A stretch of DNA of 64,000 nucleotides, taken from assembly GCF_963921235.1 (NCBI RefSeq), contig NC_086097.1:140432001-140496000 (forward strand). The letters run 5' to 3'. The notes beneath the pieces were generated by a model. That model was not told the DNA's origin. It made no database searches and saw only the letters and a list, made by a program, of their open reading frames with translations. Below, in pieces: positions 13,657 through 26,987 of this stretch. Origin of the DNA: Mobula hypostoma. Lineage: Eukaryota. How positions within the stretch are numbered: position 1 is the stretch's first letter; every line of letters begins with the position of its first letter. Made by a program: the position numbers and the translations under genes.

Positions 13657-14385
13657 CTGATTATCAAAGAAAGCACAAAGGAAAACAGAACTCAGTAAAC
13701 AACATGCCAGTCATCTGGTTAAAACCAAAACCTGGATATCTTTTCTCAACTCTATCTATTCATACCTTACACTTGTCTTTCCTTTTTGTTTAGACACAAC
13801 ATCACAATGATTTGCGATGGAAAGAAAAGAATTTAAGCCCACTTAATTTCACCTATCCAAAATAATTTGTAATACTTATTAGTCACATTAGCAAACTCTT
13901 TACATGGGCCCAATCTAAATTTAAATGTTAGTGTGTTTTGTTTTCTCTATTTTGCTTCAGTACCAACACTTGACTCAATTTTGTAATTTCTATGAATATT
14001 TCATTTATTTCTACATTTTCAAATGCTTTTCCCTAGGATCTTCCATTTTTGATATTATACTTTCTTTAAACATCAGAGGCAGTTTGACCCAAGTCTATGC
14101 TAGCTCTCAGAGCAATCCCATGAATTCTAATCCTCCACTTGTTTCTCTCAAAAGTACTCTCTCACACATACCTATTAATTTTTGTCTGATTCTCCCACCA
14201 GCTACTTACTCCAGGAATAATTTACAGCAGCTAACTAAACTGTCAACCAACAAGACTTTGTGATGCTGAGGCTTTTATAAGGCACTGGTGAGGCCTCACT
14301 TGGAGTATTGTGAGCAGTTTGGGACACTTACGAAAGGATGTGCTGACATTGGAGAGGGTTTAAAGGAGGTTCATGAAAATGATTT

Positions 14386-14602
14386 AAAATCAGAATTGGG
14401 TTTAATATCACCAGCATATGATGTGAAATTTGTTGTTTTTGCAGCAGCAGTACAATGCAATACTTAATAAAAACTGGATTACAATGTGTAGAGATATATA
14501 CAAAATAGTTAAGTTAAATAAGTTGTGCAATAAAAGCAATGAGGTAGTGGGTTCAATGATCATTCAGAAATCTGATAGCAGAGGGGAAGATGCTGTTCAT
14601 AA

Positions 14603-14674
<72 letters not shown>

Positions 14675-15475
14675 CTTTTGAGGCTTTGCTCCTTGAAGGT
14701 GTTCTGATGTTGGGGAAGCTAGTGCCCATGATGGAGCTGATGGAGTTTACAACTTTCTGCTGCTTGTTTTGATCCTGTGCAGTGGCCCCTCCCCCATACT
14801 AGCCAATTAGAAGGCTCTCCACGGAACAGCTGTAGAAATTTGCGAGTGTCTTTGGTGACATACCAAATCTCCTCGAACTCCTAATGAAATATAGCCGCTG
14901 TCTTGGATTCCTTATAACTGCATCGATATGTTGAGCCCGAATAGATCCTCAGAGACGTTGACACACAGGAACTTGAAATTGCTCACTCTTTCCATTTCTG
15001 ATCCCCCTATGAGGACTGGTGTGTGTTCCTTCCTTAAGTCCACAATCAGTTCTTTGGTATTACTGACGTTGAGTGCAAGGTTGTTGCTGCAACACTACTC
15101 AACTAGCTGATATATTTCGCTCCTGTACACCTTCTTGTCACCATCTGAAATTCTGCCAACAATAGTTGTCTCATCAGCAATTTATAGATGACATTTGAGC
15201 TGTGCCTAGCCACCCAGTCATGGGTGTAGAGAGAGTAGAGCAGTGGGCTAATCACATATCCTTGAGGTTCACCAGTGTTGATCATCAGTGAGCTGGAGAT
15301 GTTAGTTCCAATTCGCACAGACACTGGTCTTCTGGTAAAGAAGTCAAGGGTCCAGTTGCAGAGGGAGGTACGAAGGCCCAGGTTTTGGGGCTCTTCAATA
15401 AGAACTGTAGGAACGATTCTGTTAAATGCTGAGCTGTAGTCAATAAACAACATCCTAACATAAGTATTAGTATTC
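14386..15475 (-). mobile_element. Rex1/Babar-like LINE fragment
   Basis: [14 protein letters not shown]...[11 protein letters not shown]...[19 protein letters not shown]; 3' AATAAA-like motif and attctgatt tail at the left end. Confidence 0.8.
14604..14670. repeat. (GT)n microsatellite, ~33 units
   Basis: Perfect dinucleotide run. Confidence 0.98.
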
Positions 15476-17199
15476 GGGATCAGGATTAAAAGGCTTATCG
15501 TATGAGGAGCGTTTCTTGGCTCTGGGTTTGTACTCCATGGAATTCAGAGGGATGGGGAGAGGTGATATCTCATTGAAACCTATCGAATGTTGAAGGCTTT
15601 GATAGAGTGGATGTGGAAAGGATGTGGAAAGGGGGAGTCTAAGACGTTATGACACAGCGTCAGAATAGAGGGACATCCATTTAGAACAGAGATGAGGAGA
15701 AATTTCTTTAGCCAGAGAGTGGTGAATCTATGAAATCTATTGACACAGGCAGCTGTGAGGCTAAGTCATTGGGTATTTAAGAAAGAAGTTGATGGATTCT
15801 TGATTAGTCAGGGCATGAAAGGATAAAGGAAGAAGGCAGGAGAATGGGGCTGAATGGGAAATGGTTCAGCCATGATGGAATGGTGGAATAGATGCGATGG
15901 GCCAAATCACCTAATTCTGCTCCTATATCTTATAGGCTTATGGACATGCACTGATGTCTTTGTTTATGTGGGAGCAAAACATAGCACCAAGGTAAAATCT
16001 ACACAGCCACAGGAAGAATTTTCAAACTTCATACAGACAGCACCAGAGACTGGAATTGAACCCAAGTCATTGGTCAACAGCTGTATCAGCTGCAGCAACT
16101 CTCTGCTCTGCTATTGATGAGTATTAAAGGTGGCACCTATTAAATACCTGCACTAGATTTGTAGTTCATGGCTGTATTTACAAATGTACTCAAGTCAGTT
16201 TGCCAATCCCTGTATTGCACTAGGATTTCTGCAGCTTTAAGATAATATTTACCTTAATAAGCAGATGAAGTCTGGGGGCAGTTGGTGGGAAAACAGGGAA
16301 AGTAACTTGCAGAGAAAATCAATGGACAATTGAGTTGCTCTGAAAAATCAACATAAGAGGGTTGGACTGAAACTGCCTCTTTTGTTACAAGGAAATACGG
16401 AATATAGTGTCCTTTACAAGAAAGGACAATAATGAACCAGATGAGTTTTTAAAATGTCAGACTAGTAGCCTTATGTATCCTATTGCACAACTTAAATTCA
16501 AATTCAAGTTACACTGTCCATCTGCTGCAATGGACATTGAACTCTGGATCAATGGTCTAGCTATCTTGATGTCAAACCACTAACTTAATCACATTGCTGT
16601 CTTACCTTTAAATTAAATAACACTGCAAACCAATGAGCCATCGGATCAAACAAAGCATCTTTTGAATAATACTTAATCCTGATCTTTTAGCATATGTAGG
16701 ATAATGCAGTTTAGTTGCAGCTCCCTGTTAAAATCCATTATAGATTTATTTTACTAGTATCTGTTACCTTCTTATAGCAAGATTGTATCATGACATTCAG
16801 TTGATTATTCTTTTAACAGTAATACAGAACTTTTTGCAGCAACAATCAGATCATGCAAATGCAGGCATTTTGAACTTCCTGCTGCTGTCATCCCAAACGT
16901 TTTTCAACTTTAGAATTCTCATAGGTATTTAACTAAAATCTACCTCCAAGTTCCTGCAATACCCTGAAGTTACACCAATACATCTAACCATTGGAACTGT
17001 GCCAATCAGACCTGCGGATGGTTTAGTGACTCCAATCATTTCAATGGTGTGGTCCCAGAGACACAAGCATGTTTCAGGAAATTTATATTCAAAAAATAAC
17101 TGAGTGAACTTTATCATATTGCAATTGTTTTCATGTTTTCTAGCATTTTATTTTTAACATTAGGTTATTATTTTGGTTGATTTCATAGCAAAATTAATT

Positions 17200-18070
17200 T
17201 TGAATTCAAAGTACAGTTATTATCAAAGTATGTCTACTTTATATAACCTTGAGATTTGTCTCCTTACAGGCAGTCACAAAACAAAGAAACCGAATAGAAC
17301 CCACTAAAGCAAAAGACTATCAAACACTCAATGTGCAAAAAAAAACAAATTGTGCAAACAATAAAAGCAAATAGCATTCAGAACGAAAGTTCACAAAAGT
17401 GAATCACAGACACCGAAGCCAGGCATCACTACAGCCAATACAGAAGCCCACTGGTTGCAGGTCACAGCCTCAGTTCAGCATAGAGACAAGTAAACCTCAT
17501 GGAGCAGCAAGCTGAACTGGCTCATCTCTTGCCTCTAACCCCGATACCCTGACCTTTTCAATCTGGCTTGGTGCTTAAATCGTCCAAACCTCAGGTTGTT
17601 CCTCGCTCTTGGACCTGGGTCCTACTGCTATGTTAAGCTCTCAGGCCTATCCTATGCCTCACCACCTTGATCCACCATACCCAACCTTTTCAATTCAGCT
17701 CAGCACTCAAATCTGATCTTTTCTTGCTTTTGGGCCCAGTCTCCATCTCAACTGTGCCTCACCTCTACTTGCCTCCATTCCACCTCACCGAATTGCCTCC
17801 AAGTCTGCTCCAGCAATGGCCATACGGTGGCTCATTCCCCACTCTCCGGTCTGGACCCCACCACCCCTCCATTTTGCCTGCACATACTACGCTACAACCC
17901 TCCTGCTCCTCCAAGATCAGTTCACACTGCAAAAATGTCAGGTCATTCAGGCGGTTCAAAAGTTCATTTCCAACAGTGAAGTTACAGGCTATTGTCTGCA
18001 GTGATAGTTTACAGAAAAAGTATGATTAATAAAGTTATTAGTTGTTTTCTGTTTTATTGGTCACAAGCAA
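17200..18070 (-). mobile_element. Non-autonomous retroposon remnant
   Basis: Left end is the reverse complement of the ...tactttgataataa...tttga 3' terminus also seen at 38440-38495 and 49960-50040. Confidence 0.5.
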
Positions 18071-18422
18071 GTAGTTGCTGATCTTCTAAATGACACCTTA
18101 AATAAGAATTTTAATAGTATGATTAAATTTTAAATCTCAGTCAACTTCAAAGGCATTTAGCTATCCAAAGATTTTGTGCAGTGTTTCGTGCTGAGACAGC
18201 TCCTCTGAGCTAGAAGTAATACTTCCGCGGCTTCACCAGAGCATGTCCCAATACCTCTCTAATCCCCATTTTCAAAATAGTGAATGACACAATTAAGGGG
18301 AGTTAATTGATCTTATTTCCAATGGATTCAATTGTTTTAATCCCAGAGTTTCTAAGGTGGTGATGACAGAATGGCAGCAGATGACAAGAAATTTACCCCT
18401 CCATTTGAAGACTATCCAGCTA

Positions 18423-20005
18423 CAGCAGCTCGAGGAGGTTTGTGAACCCTGTAGAATTTTCTCTATTTCTGCATAAATATGACCTAAAATATGATCAGAT
18501 CTTCATGCACGTCCTAAAACTAGATAATGAGAACCCAATTAAATAAAGCAAAAAACATTATACTCATTCATTTATTAATTGATAAATATGACCAACATTA
18601 CATGTATTTGTTGGAAAACGTAATGTGAACCTCTTGGGTAAGGCCTTCTACAAAATCTATTTGGAGTCAGATGTTCTAATCAATGAGGTGAGATTGGAGG
18701 TGCAAGTTGTAGGGATGCCCTGCCCTATAAAAAAGACACAAAAGTCAGGTTACTGACAGAGCCTGCTCTTCTCAAGAAAGATCGGATTATGTGCACCATG
18801 CTGCAATCAAAACAACTTTCAGAGGACTTAGAAGAAGAATTGTAGAGATACATGACTCTGGAAAAGACTACAAAAGCATAACTAAAGATCTGAGTGTTCA
18901 TCAGTCCACAGTAAGAGGAATTGTCTACAAATGGAGGAAACTCAGTACTGTTGCTACTCTCCCTAGGAGTGGGTGTCCTGCAAAGATCACATCAAGAGCA
19001 CAACATGCAATCCTGAAGGAGGTGAAAATGAACCCAAGGGTAACTGCAAAAGACCTGCAGAAATCTCTAGAAATTGCTAAAGTCTCTGTTCATGTGTCCA
19101 CTATAGAAAAAACACTGAATGAGAATGGTGTTCATGGAAGGGTACCATGGAGGAAACCACTGTTCTCCAAAAAACATTGCTGCACGTCTCAAGTTTGCAA
19201 TAGATAAGCTGGATGTGTACCATGTTTCTGGGACAATGTTCTGTGGACAGATGAGACAGAAGTTGAACTTTCTGGCAGAAATGCACACCGCTATGTTTGG
19301 AGGGAAAAGGGCACTGCACAGAAACACCAAAACCTCATCCCATCTGTGAAGCATGATGGAAGGAGCATCATGGTTTGGAGCTGCTTTGCTGCCTCAGGGC
19401 TTGGGGAGCTTGCAATCGTTGAGGGAACAATGAATCTAAAATTGCATCAATGCATTTTACAGGAGAATGTCAGGATAGTGGTCCTTCATCTGAAGTTTAA
19501 TAAGACAATGATCCAAAAAACAAGAGTTAGTCAGCAACAGAATGGTTTAAAAAGAAGAAAATTTGTGTTTTGGAATGGCCAAGTCAAGTTTAGACCTTAA
19601 TCCTATAGAAATGTTGTGGAAGGACCTGATGAAAGCAGTTCATGTAAGGAAGCCCACCAACATCCCAGAGTTGAAGCAGTTTTGTCAGGAGGAATGGTCT
19701 AAAATTCCTCCAAGCCGATGTGCAGAACTGATCAACAGTTACCAGTCACTTTTGGTTGAAGTTATTGCTATACAAGGGGGTCAAACCAGTTACTGAAAGC
19801 AAAGGTTTACATACTTCTTCCAAAAAATACATGTACTATTGGATCATTTTTCTCAATAAATAAATTAGTAAGTATATACTTTAATTTAATTGGGTTCTCC
19901 TTATCTAGTTTTAGCACTTATGTGAGGATCTGATCACATTTTAGGTCATATTTATGCAGAACCAGAGAAAATTCTACAGGGTTCACAAACTTTTTAGCAC
20001 CAATG
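18423..20005 (+). mobile_element. Tc1-family DNA transposon, full length, long IR/DR-type terminal inverted repeats (TIRs), defective transposase
   Basis: TA flanks at 18421-22 and 20006-07; ~210-bp imperfect TIRs (18423-18634 and ~19800-20005). Transposase pieces: HQSTVRGIVYKWRK, PRSGCPAKIT, WTDE, KHDGRSIMVWSCF, DLNPIEMLW. TATA-like ctataaaa at ~18725. Confidence 0.95.
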
Positions 20006-20084
20006 TAAATAACGTTGTAAAGAACCAGGTGAACTACTGATTCCTGAAGAACATGATCAAAGTTCAAATGTTCAAAGTTCAATA

Positions 20085-21230
20085 ATATAATTGCCCACTC
20101 CCCCACACCCACTGAAACTCATCACTAAGCTCCAAGATCTGGGTCTTGCTACTTCCTTTTGCAACTGGATCATTGATTTGCTCACTGGCAGAAGTCAACT
20201 AGTATGGATCGGCAACAGCATCTTGCACCAAAATCAAGAATCACCCACCACTCCAGTCATGTTCTCTTCTCACTGCTGCTATCAGGAAGGAGGTACAGAT
20301 GCCTTGGGTCTCACAACACAAGATTCAGGAACACTTATTACCCTTCAACCATCAGGCTCCTGAACCATTCATGGATAACATCACTCACCTCAACACTGTA
20401 CTGATTTGACAACCCATGGCCTCAATCTATACAACTCATGTTCTTAGTATTACTAGTTTACTTATATATTACTATTAGTTTTAATGTATTTCCCCAGTTT
20501 ATCTTCTTTTGCACATTGGTTGTTCGTCAGTCTTTGTATGTAACTTTTTCATTGACTCTTGTATTTCTTTGTTCTACTGTGAATACCCACAAGAAAATTC
20601 CTGTTCATAGAAGAATGAAGGGGGATCTCATTGAAAGCCACTGAATTTTGAAAGGCCGAGAGTGGACATGGAGAGGACGTTTCCAATAGTGGACACCCTT
20701 TTAGAACACAGGGAATAGCCAGCGCCTCTTCCCCAGGGCACCACTGCTCAATACAAGAGGACATGGCTTTAAGGTAAGGGGTGGGAAGTTCAAGGGGGGT
20801 ATTGGAGGAAGGTTTTTCACTCAGAGGATGGTTGGTGCGTGGAATGCACTGCCTGAGTCAGTGGTGGAGGCAGATACACTAGTGAAGTTTAAGAGACTAC
20901 TAAACAGGAATTTAAGGTGGGGGCTTATATGGGAGGCAGGGTCTGAGGGTCGGCACAACATTGTGGGCCGAAGGGCCTGTACTGTGCTGTACTTTTCTAT
21001 GTTCTATGTTGATTTTTTTTTAGCCAGAGGGTGGTGAATCGTTGAAATTCATTGCCAGGTAGCTGTAGAGGCCAAGAAATTACGTCTATTTAAAGCAGAG
21101 GTTGATATTAAGGGCATCGAATGTTATGGTGAGAAGGCAGGAGAATGGAGTAATGAGGGGAAAAACAAATCAGCCATGACTGAATGGCCTAATTCTGTTC
21201 CTACATCTTATGATCATATATGGTCTTACG
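20085..21230 (+). mobile_element. Rex1-like fragment followed by nested CR1 3' fragments
   Basis: [26 protein letters not shown] at 20091-20363; CR1 VGAWNALPESVVEA with (ttctatg)n tail ending ~21010 inside another CR1 3' piece. Confidence 0.7.
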
Positions 21231-21340
21231 CTGCCTGACCAACCGAAGGGGTTGTTTGTTGTTCCAGATTCCAGCATCTACAGTCTCATGTCTCCATACG
21301 ACTAAATTCATTCATTGGGTAGGGAATAGAATATCAAGCA

Positions 21341-22851
21341 ATATACACAAAATGGTGGAGGAACTCAGCATACCAGGTAGCATCTATGGAGAAGAATAAA
21401 CAGGTGATGTTTCAGGCCGAGAGCCTTCATCAGGACTGGAAAAGGAGAGAAGTCAGAGTAAGAAGGTGGGGGGAGGGGAGGAAAAAGTACAAGGATGCAG
21501 GTGATAGGTGAAACCAGGAAGGGAGAACTGAAGTAAAGAGCTGGGAAGTTGATCGATGAAAGATAAATGGCTGGTGTAGGGGGAGATCTGATAGGAGAGG
21601 ATAGAAACCACAGGAAAAAAAAACAGAGATACATCTTCCTCTGGCAGAAGGAGCTTAGTGCTTAGCGAAGCAGGCTCCCAATCTATGTCGGGTCTCCATG
21701 ATGCATTGTATGCCACACTGGGAGCACCGGATACGGTAGATGACCCGAACAGACTCATAGGTGAAGTGCCAATTCACCTGGAAAGATTGTTTGGGCCCTG
21801 ATTTGTACTGAGGGAGGAGGTGCTTCTGATTGCAAGGATGTAATAGGAGGGAGATCAGTAGGGCATGATGAGAGGATAAGGGAATTGCGTAGGGAACAAT
21901 CCCTGCGGAAAGTTAGAAGTGGCGGGGGGGGCGGGGAGATGCGCTTGATGTTGGATCCTGTTGGAGATGGCAGAAGTAATGGAAAATAATGTGCTGGACA
22001 GAGAGGCTGTTGGGGTGGTAGGTGTTGACAAGAGGAACACCATCTCTGGTGTAGTAGCATGAGGACAGACATGTACAAAATGGAAGAGATGCAGGCAAGG
22101 GCAGCATTGATGGTGGGGGAAGGAAAGCCCCTTTCTTTGAAGAAGGAGGGCATCTTATTCGTTCGGGAATGAAAAGCTCTATCCTGAGAGTAGATGTGGC
22201 AGAGACAGAGGAACTGTGAGGAAGGGATGGCGTTTTCACAAATAATAGGGTGGGAAGAGGTATAGTCCAGGTTCCCATTTCAATTCCACTTCCCTTTCCC
22301 ATTCTGACATGTCAGTCCATAGCCTCTTCTACTGCCGCAATAAGGCCACACTCACGTTGGAGGAGGAATACAGTACCTTATATTCCGTCTGGGTAGCCTC
22401 CACTATGATGGCACAAACATCGATTCCTTGAACTTCTGGAATTGCCCCTCCCCCTCTCCCGTTTTCCTCTTTCACCTTATCTCCTTAGCTGCCCATCACC
22501 TCCCTCTGGTGCTCCTCCCCGTTCCCTTTCTTCCGTGGTCTTCTATCCTTTCCTATCAGATACCCCCTCCTCCAGCCCTTTATCTCTTTTACCAATCGAC
22601 TTTCCAGCTCTTTACTTCATCTCCTTCCCGTCTCCCGGTTTCACCTTTCACCTGCCACCATGTACTTCCTCCCATCCCCCTACCTTTTTACTCTGACTTC
22701 TCCCCTTCCTTTCTAGTCCTAATGAAGGGTCTTGGACTGAACCATCAGCTATTTACTATTTTCCACAGATGCTGCCTGGCCTGCTGAGTTCCTCCAGCAT
22801 GTTGTGTGTTACGCTTTGGATTTCCAGCATCTGTGGATTTTCTTGTGCTTG
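21341..22851. mobile_element. Penelope-like element insertion with internal inversion (GIY-YIG/RT remnants, two terminal repeats)
   Basis: 13-bp TSD agaatatcaagca (21328-21340, 22852-22864). Minus arm encodes LDYTSSHP...SFFKERGFP and FTYESVRVIYRIRCSQCGIQCIMETRHRLGACFAKH (GIY-YIG-like). Plus arm from ~22271 has HFNS...LEEE..IFRLGSL, the endonuclease C-terminus. Confidence 0.9.
21401..21438 (-). ncRNA. Minimal type I hammerhead-ribozyme-like motif (Penelope-associated)
   Basis: cagtc-CTGATGA-AGGC tctcg GCCT-GAAA-CAT-C-acctg. Core boxes and a 4-bp helix II are intact; helix I and the helix III palindrome are degraded. Confidence 0.65.
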
Positions 22852-23557
22852 AGAATATCAAGCAGTCTGTCAGGCTCAAAACATATGAAAGTTTATTTGA
22901 GCAACAGCTTGAGTACAGCATACATTTCCGATTACTACATCACAGGAGTATGTAAGAACACCAGAGATTTACAAGGATGCTACCAAGATCAGAGAATTTC
23001 AGCCACGAGGACAAACTGAATAGCCTGGAATCTTTTCTTTCCAACAGTAGTTTTTTTTAAATCCTAAAACTATGTATACATTTTATTGTGTATAAAATTA
23101 CAAGAGGCTACACAAGGAGAGTGGATTTCCCTTTGCAGAATAACAAAGTTGCATGTACCAAGGACACATGCTGAAAGGATCTGAATTCACTCATTTGAGA
23201 TGTTCTGGGACTCATTGTCAGAATTCCCTACTCCAGAGGACTGTGACACTGCTTGTCACTCAGTAGATTCATAAAAGAGATCAATATGTTTTTACATATT
23301 AAAGGAATCAGACAATAGGAAGATCGGTTGTAATTTAATTAAAATAATTTTCCAGAGATTACAACTTCAATGTTCAAGTATTTTATTTTGTCAATTCTGC
23401 TTTTTAGAAAATTTAAAGACATTTATTAAATGTTTAAATTATAGATGCAGTCAATTCTAATTAATCCTAATTTACTTTGCAAGCTGATTAAAGAATCAGT
23501 GCTAATAAGCAGTTCAAGATTGGCACTTGACAGTGAAACAACAAAACTTGTGGGTAC

Positions 23558-23662
23558 CTGTTGATGTACAATAAGAAACTGCAACATCTCCCCCGAGTGT
23601 GGCAGGTGGGAAGCTCTCCTTTAAGAATACCGACAGCAAAACACTCTTTGATGTCCCAGGTT
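23558..23662 (-). CDS. BBS9: BBS9 internal coding exon (105 nt)
   Basis: tttctcag|AACCTG...TCAACAG|gtaccc. Encodes EPGTSKSVLLSVFLKESFPPATLGGDVAVSYCTST (recalled human VSFSVYLKRSYTPSELEGNAVVSYSRPT). Confidence 0.92.
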
Positions 23663-24481
23663 CTGAGAAACAATACAGCATCATTACCTTCTTCCTCAAG
23701 CTCAATGTAAGAACAATTAAATCCTCTGCACTCCCTGAGTGCGGACTTTGAGAGAAGTTATTAAAAGTTGTATCTCTACTAATATGAATTTTTGAATATT
23801 TGCTGGAACTACATTATCTTGCGGGAGGAAGCAAAAAATTATTTAAGTTTGTTTCTGAAATGCCAGAACTTCTGAAATTTCAGGAAACCTCAAAATTCTC
23901 TCAGGTCTTCTGCCTAAACGAATCTCCAAAACATTTTCAATCAGTTTAACTTTACTGTTATGTGCAAAACTAATTCAGGATTATAATAGCATAATAGTCT
24001 GAATTTACTCAATTGTTACTAGATCATATGTTTTCCTAATCTTTCAAAGATCAGACATCAACACCAGTTTGCATTACAGAAATTAAAAATCAGAAATTTA
24101 AATTTCAAAATATATTATTTCGCTATTAATATACTTTAGGAAATTTTTGTATTTAGATAATTCTTCAGGATTATGACTTGCTTCCACTCCAGTCCAGAAG
24201 TGAACATTTACAAAAAATAATCTTTTTTATTTTAGATACAATCAATTTGACCTTACACAAATTTAACTTGCAAGCTTTATTAAAATATGTGAACTCCATG
24301 GCGTTAACATTATATAAACCAACAGATTTGATTAGAATTAAACAGCCACAAAAATAAACCAATTCTAATACTTTCAATAATAGCTAAAAATTGAAGAGAA
24401 GCCAACCTCACACTTCTCATATTAACAGCTTCAGCGAAGTTGATCCAGAACTGATGTGACGAGGTCACCCAATCTACTTAC

Positions 24482-24584
24482 CTATAGAAGAAAAGCCCAG
24501 TTGGTCCTGAGTTACTGCTAGTGGAGACTGCACACAAACTGACAGCTTCACATCCTGAACAGCTAGTCGGCTCCAAACCGTCAC
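24482..24584 (-). CDS. BBS9: BBS9 internal coding exon (103 nt)
   Basis: aacctag|GTGACG...TCTATAG|gtaagt. Encodes VTVWSRLAVQDVKLSVCVQSPLAVTQDQLGFSSI (recalled human KLSVYVQPPLELTCDQFTF). Confidence 0.92.
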
Positions 24585-25689
24585 CTAGGTTTTAAAATGA
24601 ATACAGAATTATTGCAGTCTTTTCAGGTATCTAATCATTTGCTGACTAAAAATGATAGTGTCCATTTGGGCTATCACCATGCAATATTTAAAGGTTATAA
24701 ACCATGTTTAAAGATTATAGACCAAGATCAGCACCTAAGCTTTTTCAAGCTTCAGTTGACTGAGAGCATAAATTCATTGTTAAACAATGGCACATAGGAC
24801 ACAGCTGCAGGGAAGCTCAACTGGGGAGAGTCTCAGCCGGCTGAGCATGGAACAAAAGTGATGGAGTGAAGTGAGAAGGGGCTCATTAGAGAGTTAACAA
24901 AGGGTCAAGTGTCTCCTTTTCTGCTGCATTCCCTATATAATGCCAAAAGGCACTCTTAAAAATTTAGCTGTCAAGGTGTAGTAGCAATGCCTCATTAATG
25001 CTTATAAATTACAGCATATGTGAAATCTTTTGACACATTAAGATTTGCAATGTTGGGAAATGCATTCCTTCCCTCATCTGTGGCACCACAGCTTCCTAGC
25101 ATTTTAAGGTATGGCATAAGAGAGTAAAGCTTCATTGCAAATATAAATCACAAAGTTCAATGTTATGAGAGTCAATTAGAAAAGAGAAAAATGGAGTAGG
25201 TGGAGATTGCAGATGTGCTGCTGGAGAATCACAGACAAATCCAGGGTAGGGAAGTATTCCAACACTGCAACATGGCCAAACTAAGTCAATGGAACAAAAT
25301 TACATTAAATGCTTCTGAGACAGCTGTGCAACAGGTGGCAAGCGAGGCTATCACTGGGGCCTTGACAATCTATTCAAATCTTCTCTGTCTGCAATTGAGA
25401 GATCAAATTGACTAGAGGACTGCAAAAATGGTACCTTAATTCAGGAAGGGCAGAAGGGAAAAAACAGGTAACAGACCAGATCAGTGGTAATGAAGACACT
25501 GGGGAAAAAAACCTGAGGGACTAGATTAATTTTCACTTGGAGGGGCAGTATTTGACCAGGAATGGTGAATATACTTTTGTTAAGGAATATCCTGTCTAAT
25601 TTGATTGAATGGTTTGAGGTGCTGGGAAACTGAGACAAATTAAAACAATGCAAATTAGTACCAAATTACACTAGTCCAGTAGACAAGTT

Positions 25690-26630
25690 ATGATCATAGG
25701 GTATGGAAACAGGCCATCTAGGCCAACTCATCCAGGCCAGCTAAGGTGCCATCTCAGCTAGTTCTGTGTTTGGCCTACATCTCTCTAAACCTTTCCTACC
25801 CCTAGACCTTTTACATGTTATTGCTGTATCAGTTTCAAACTACATTTTCCTGTCATCTTGTTCTATATACTGCATATACATCCCCACCTCCATGAAGTTG
25901 TTGGCCCTCAAGTCCCTTTTAAATCTTTCCTCTCTCATTTAAGCCTATGCCTCTAGTGCTTAGTTCTTTTCCCCTGGAAAAGAGACTGTGCATTCAGCTA
26001 TTCTATGTCCCTCATGATTTTATAAGCTTCTATAGGTCACCCCTCAATTTCCTTTGTATCAAGGAATAAAGTTCTACATTGCCCATCCTCTCCCTATTAC
26101 ACAGGCCCTAAAGTCCTAGCAACACTCTTGTAAATCTTCTTTGTACTCTTTCCTGCTTAACAACATCGTTCTAAAGAGGGTAACAAAAACTGTGCACAAT
26201 ACTCAAATTAAGGCCTCAAGCACATTTTGTACAAATGTAGCATCCAAACTCCTATACTGAGTGCCCTGACTGATAAAGACCTTTTTTGCCAAATGGCTTC
26301 TTCACCACCATGTCTACCTATGACGTCACTTTAGAGAATCATGTACTTGCACTCCTAGGTTTCTCTGTTCTAAAACAAAATCACCCCAAGTCCCTAACAT
26401 TCACTGTATAAGCCCTACCCAAATTTTGAATTCTCAGTTTGCAACTGATCTGAATTGAAAGCCATTTGCAAATTAAGATTCCCCTGTAAATTTTGATAAC
26501 ATTCTTTGCTGTCTATGAAACCATCTATTTTAGTATCAATTGCAGGCTTACTAGCCATGCCTGTACATTCCCACACAAATAATTTATTTAAATAATGAAC
26601 AACAAAAGTCCCACAACTGATTTCTGAGGC
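25690..26630 (-). mobile_element. Decayed CR1 3' fragment
   Basis: atggaaacaggcc...ggccaactc CR1-type 3' end and degraded RT C-terminal sequence. Confidence 0.65.
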
Positions 26631-26936
26631 ACATAAGTTCGTTAGTTCATTTTTTAATGAACCTCAAGTACTCAAGAAAACATTTTGTTAGGAACCTGGG
26701 AAGTAGATTATCTGTTCCCTTAGCACTTGAAATAAACTGGCACTGGAATAGAGTCAGACAATTAATTTCCATAACGACTGACTGGTCTCCAACTCTACAA
26801 TTCCTCACTGCACATGACATCTTGCAATAATATTATACTAGGTTTAAATGGTCTAATCCCTTACTTGTCTTTAGTCATACAAAACTAATTTTATAAGTAA
26901 CAATTCCCCAAGTAAATATAAACAACTGTACAATAC

Positions 26937-26987
26937 CTTCAATGAGATAGAAGGAACAGGTACATCGACAGAGTTGTCAGGTGCTTG
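26937..26987 (-). CDS. BBS9: BBS9 internal coding exon (51 nt)
   Basis: aaacag|CAAGCA...TTGAAG|gtattg. Encodes QAPDNSVDVPVPSISLK (recalled human QATD...VPSVTVK), phase 0/0. Confidence 0.85.

Larger units (their letters stand above)
14255..15950 (+). mobile_element. CR1 3' fragment split by a nested LINE
   Basis: LYKALVRPHLEYCEQF-type sequence at 14270-14385 resumes at ~15475 and runs to a CR1 3' tail near 15940. Confidence 0.8.

Noticed and set aside
14430..14772. Cys/Val-repeat ORFs
   Set aside because: Translation of the (GT)n microsatellite. The same applies to 29888-30131.
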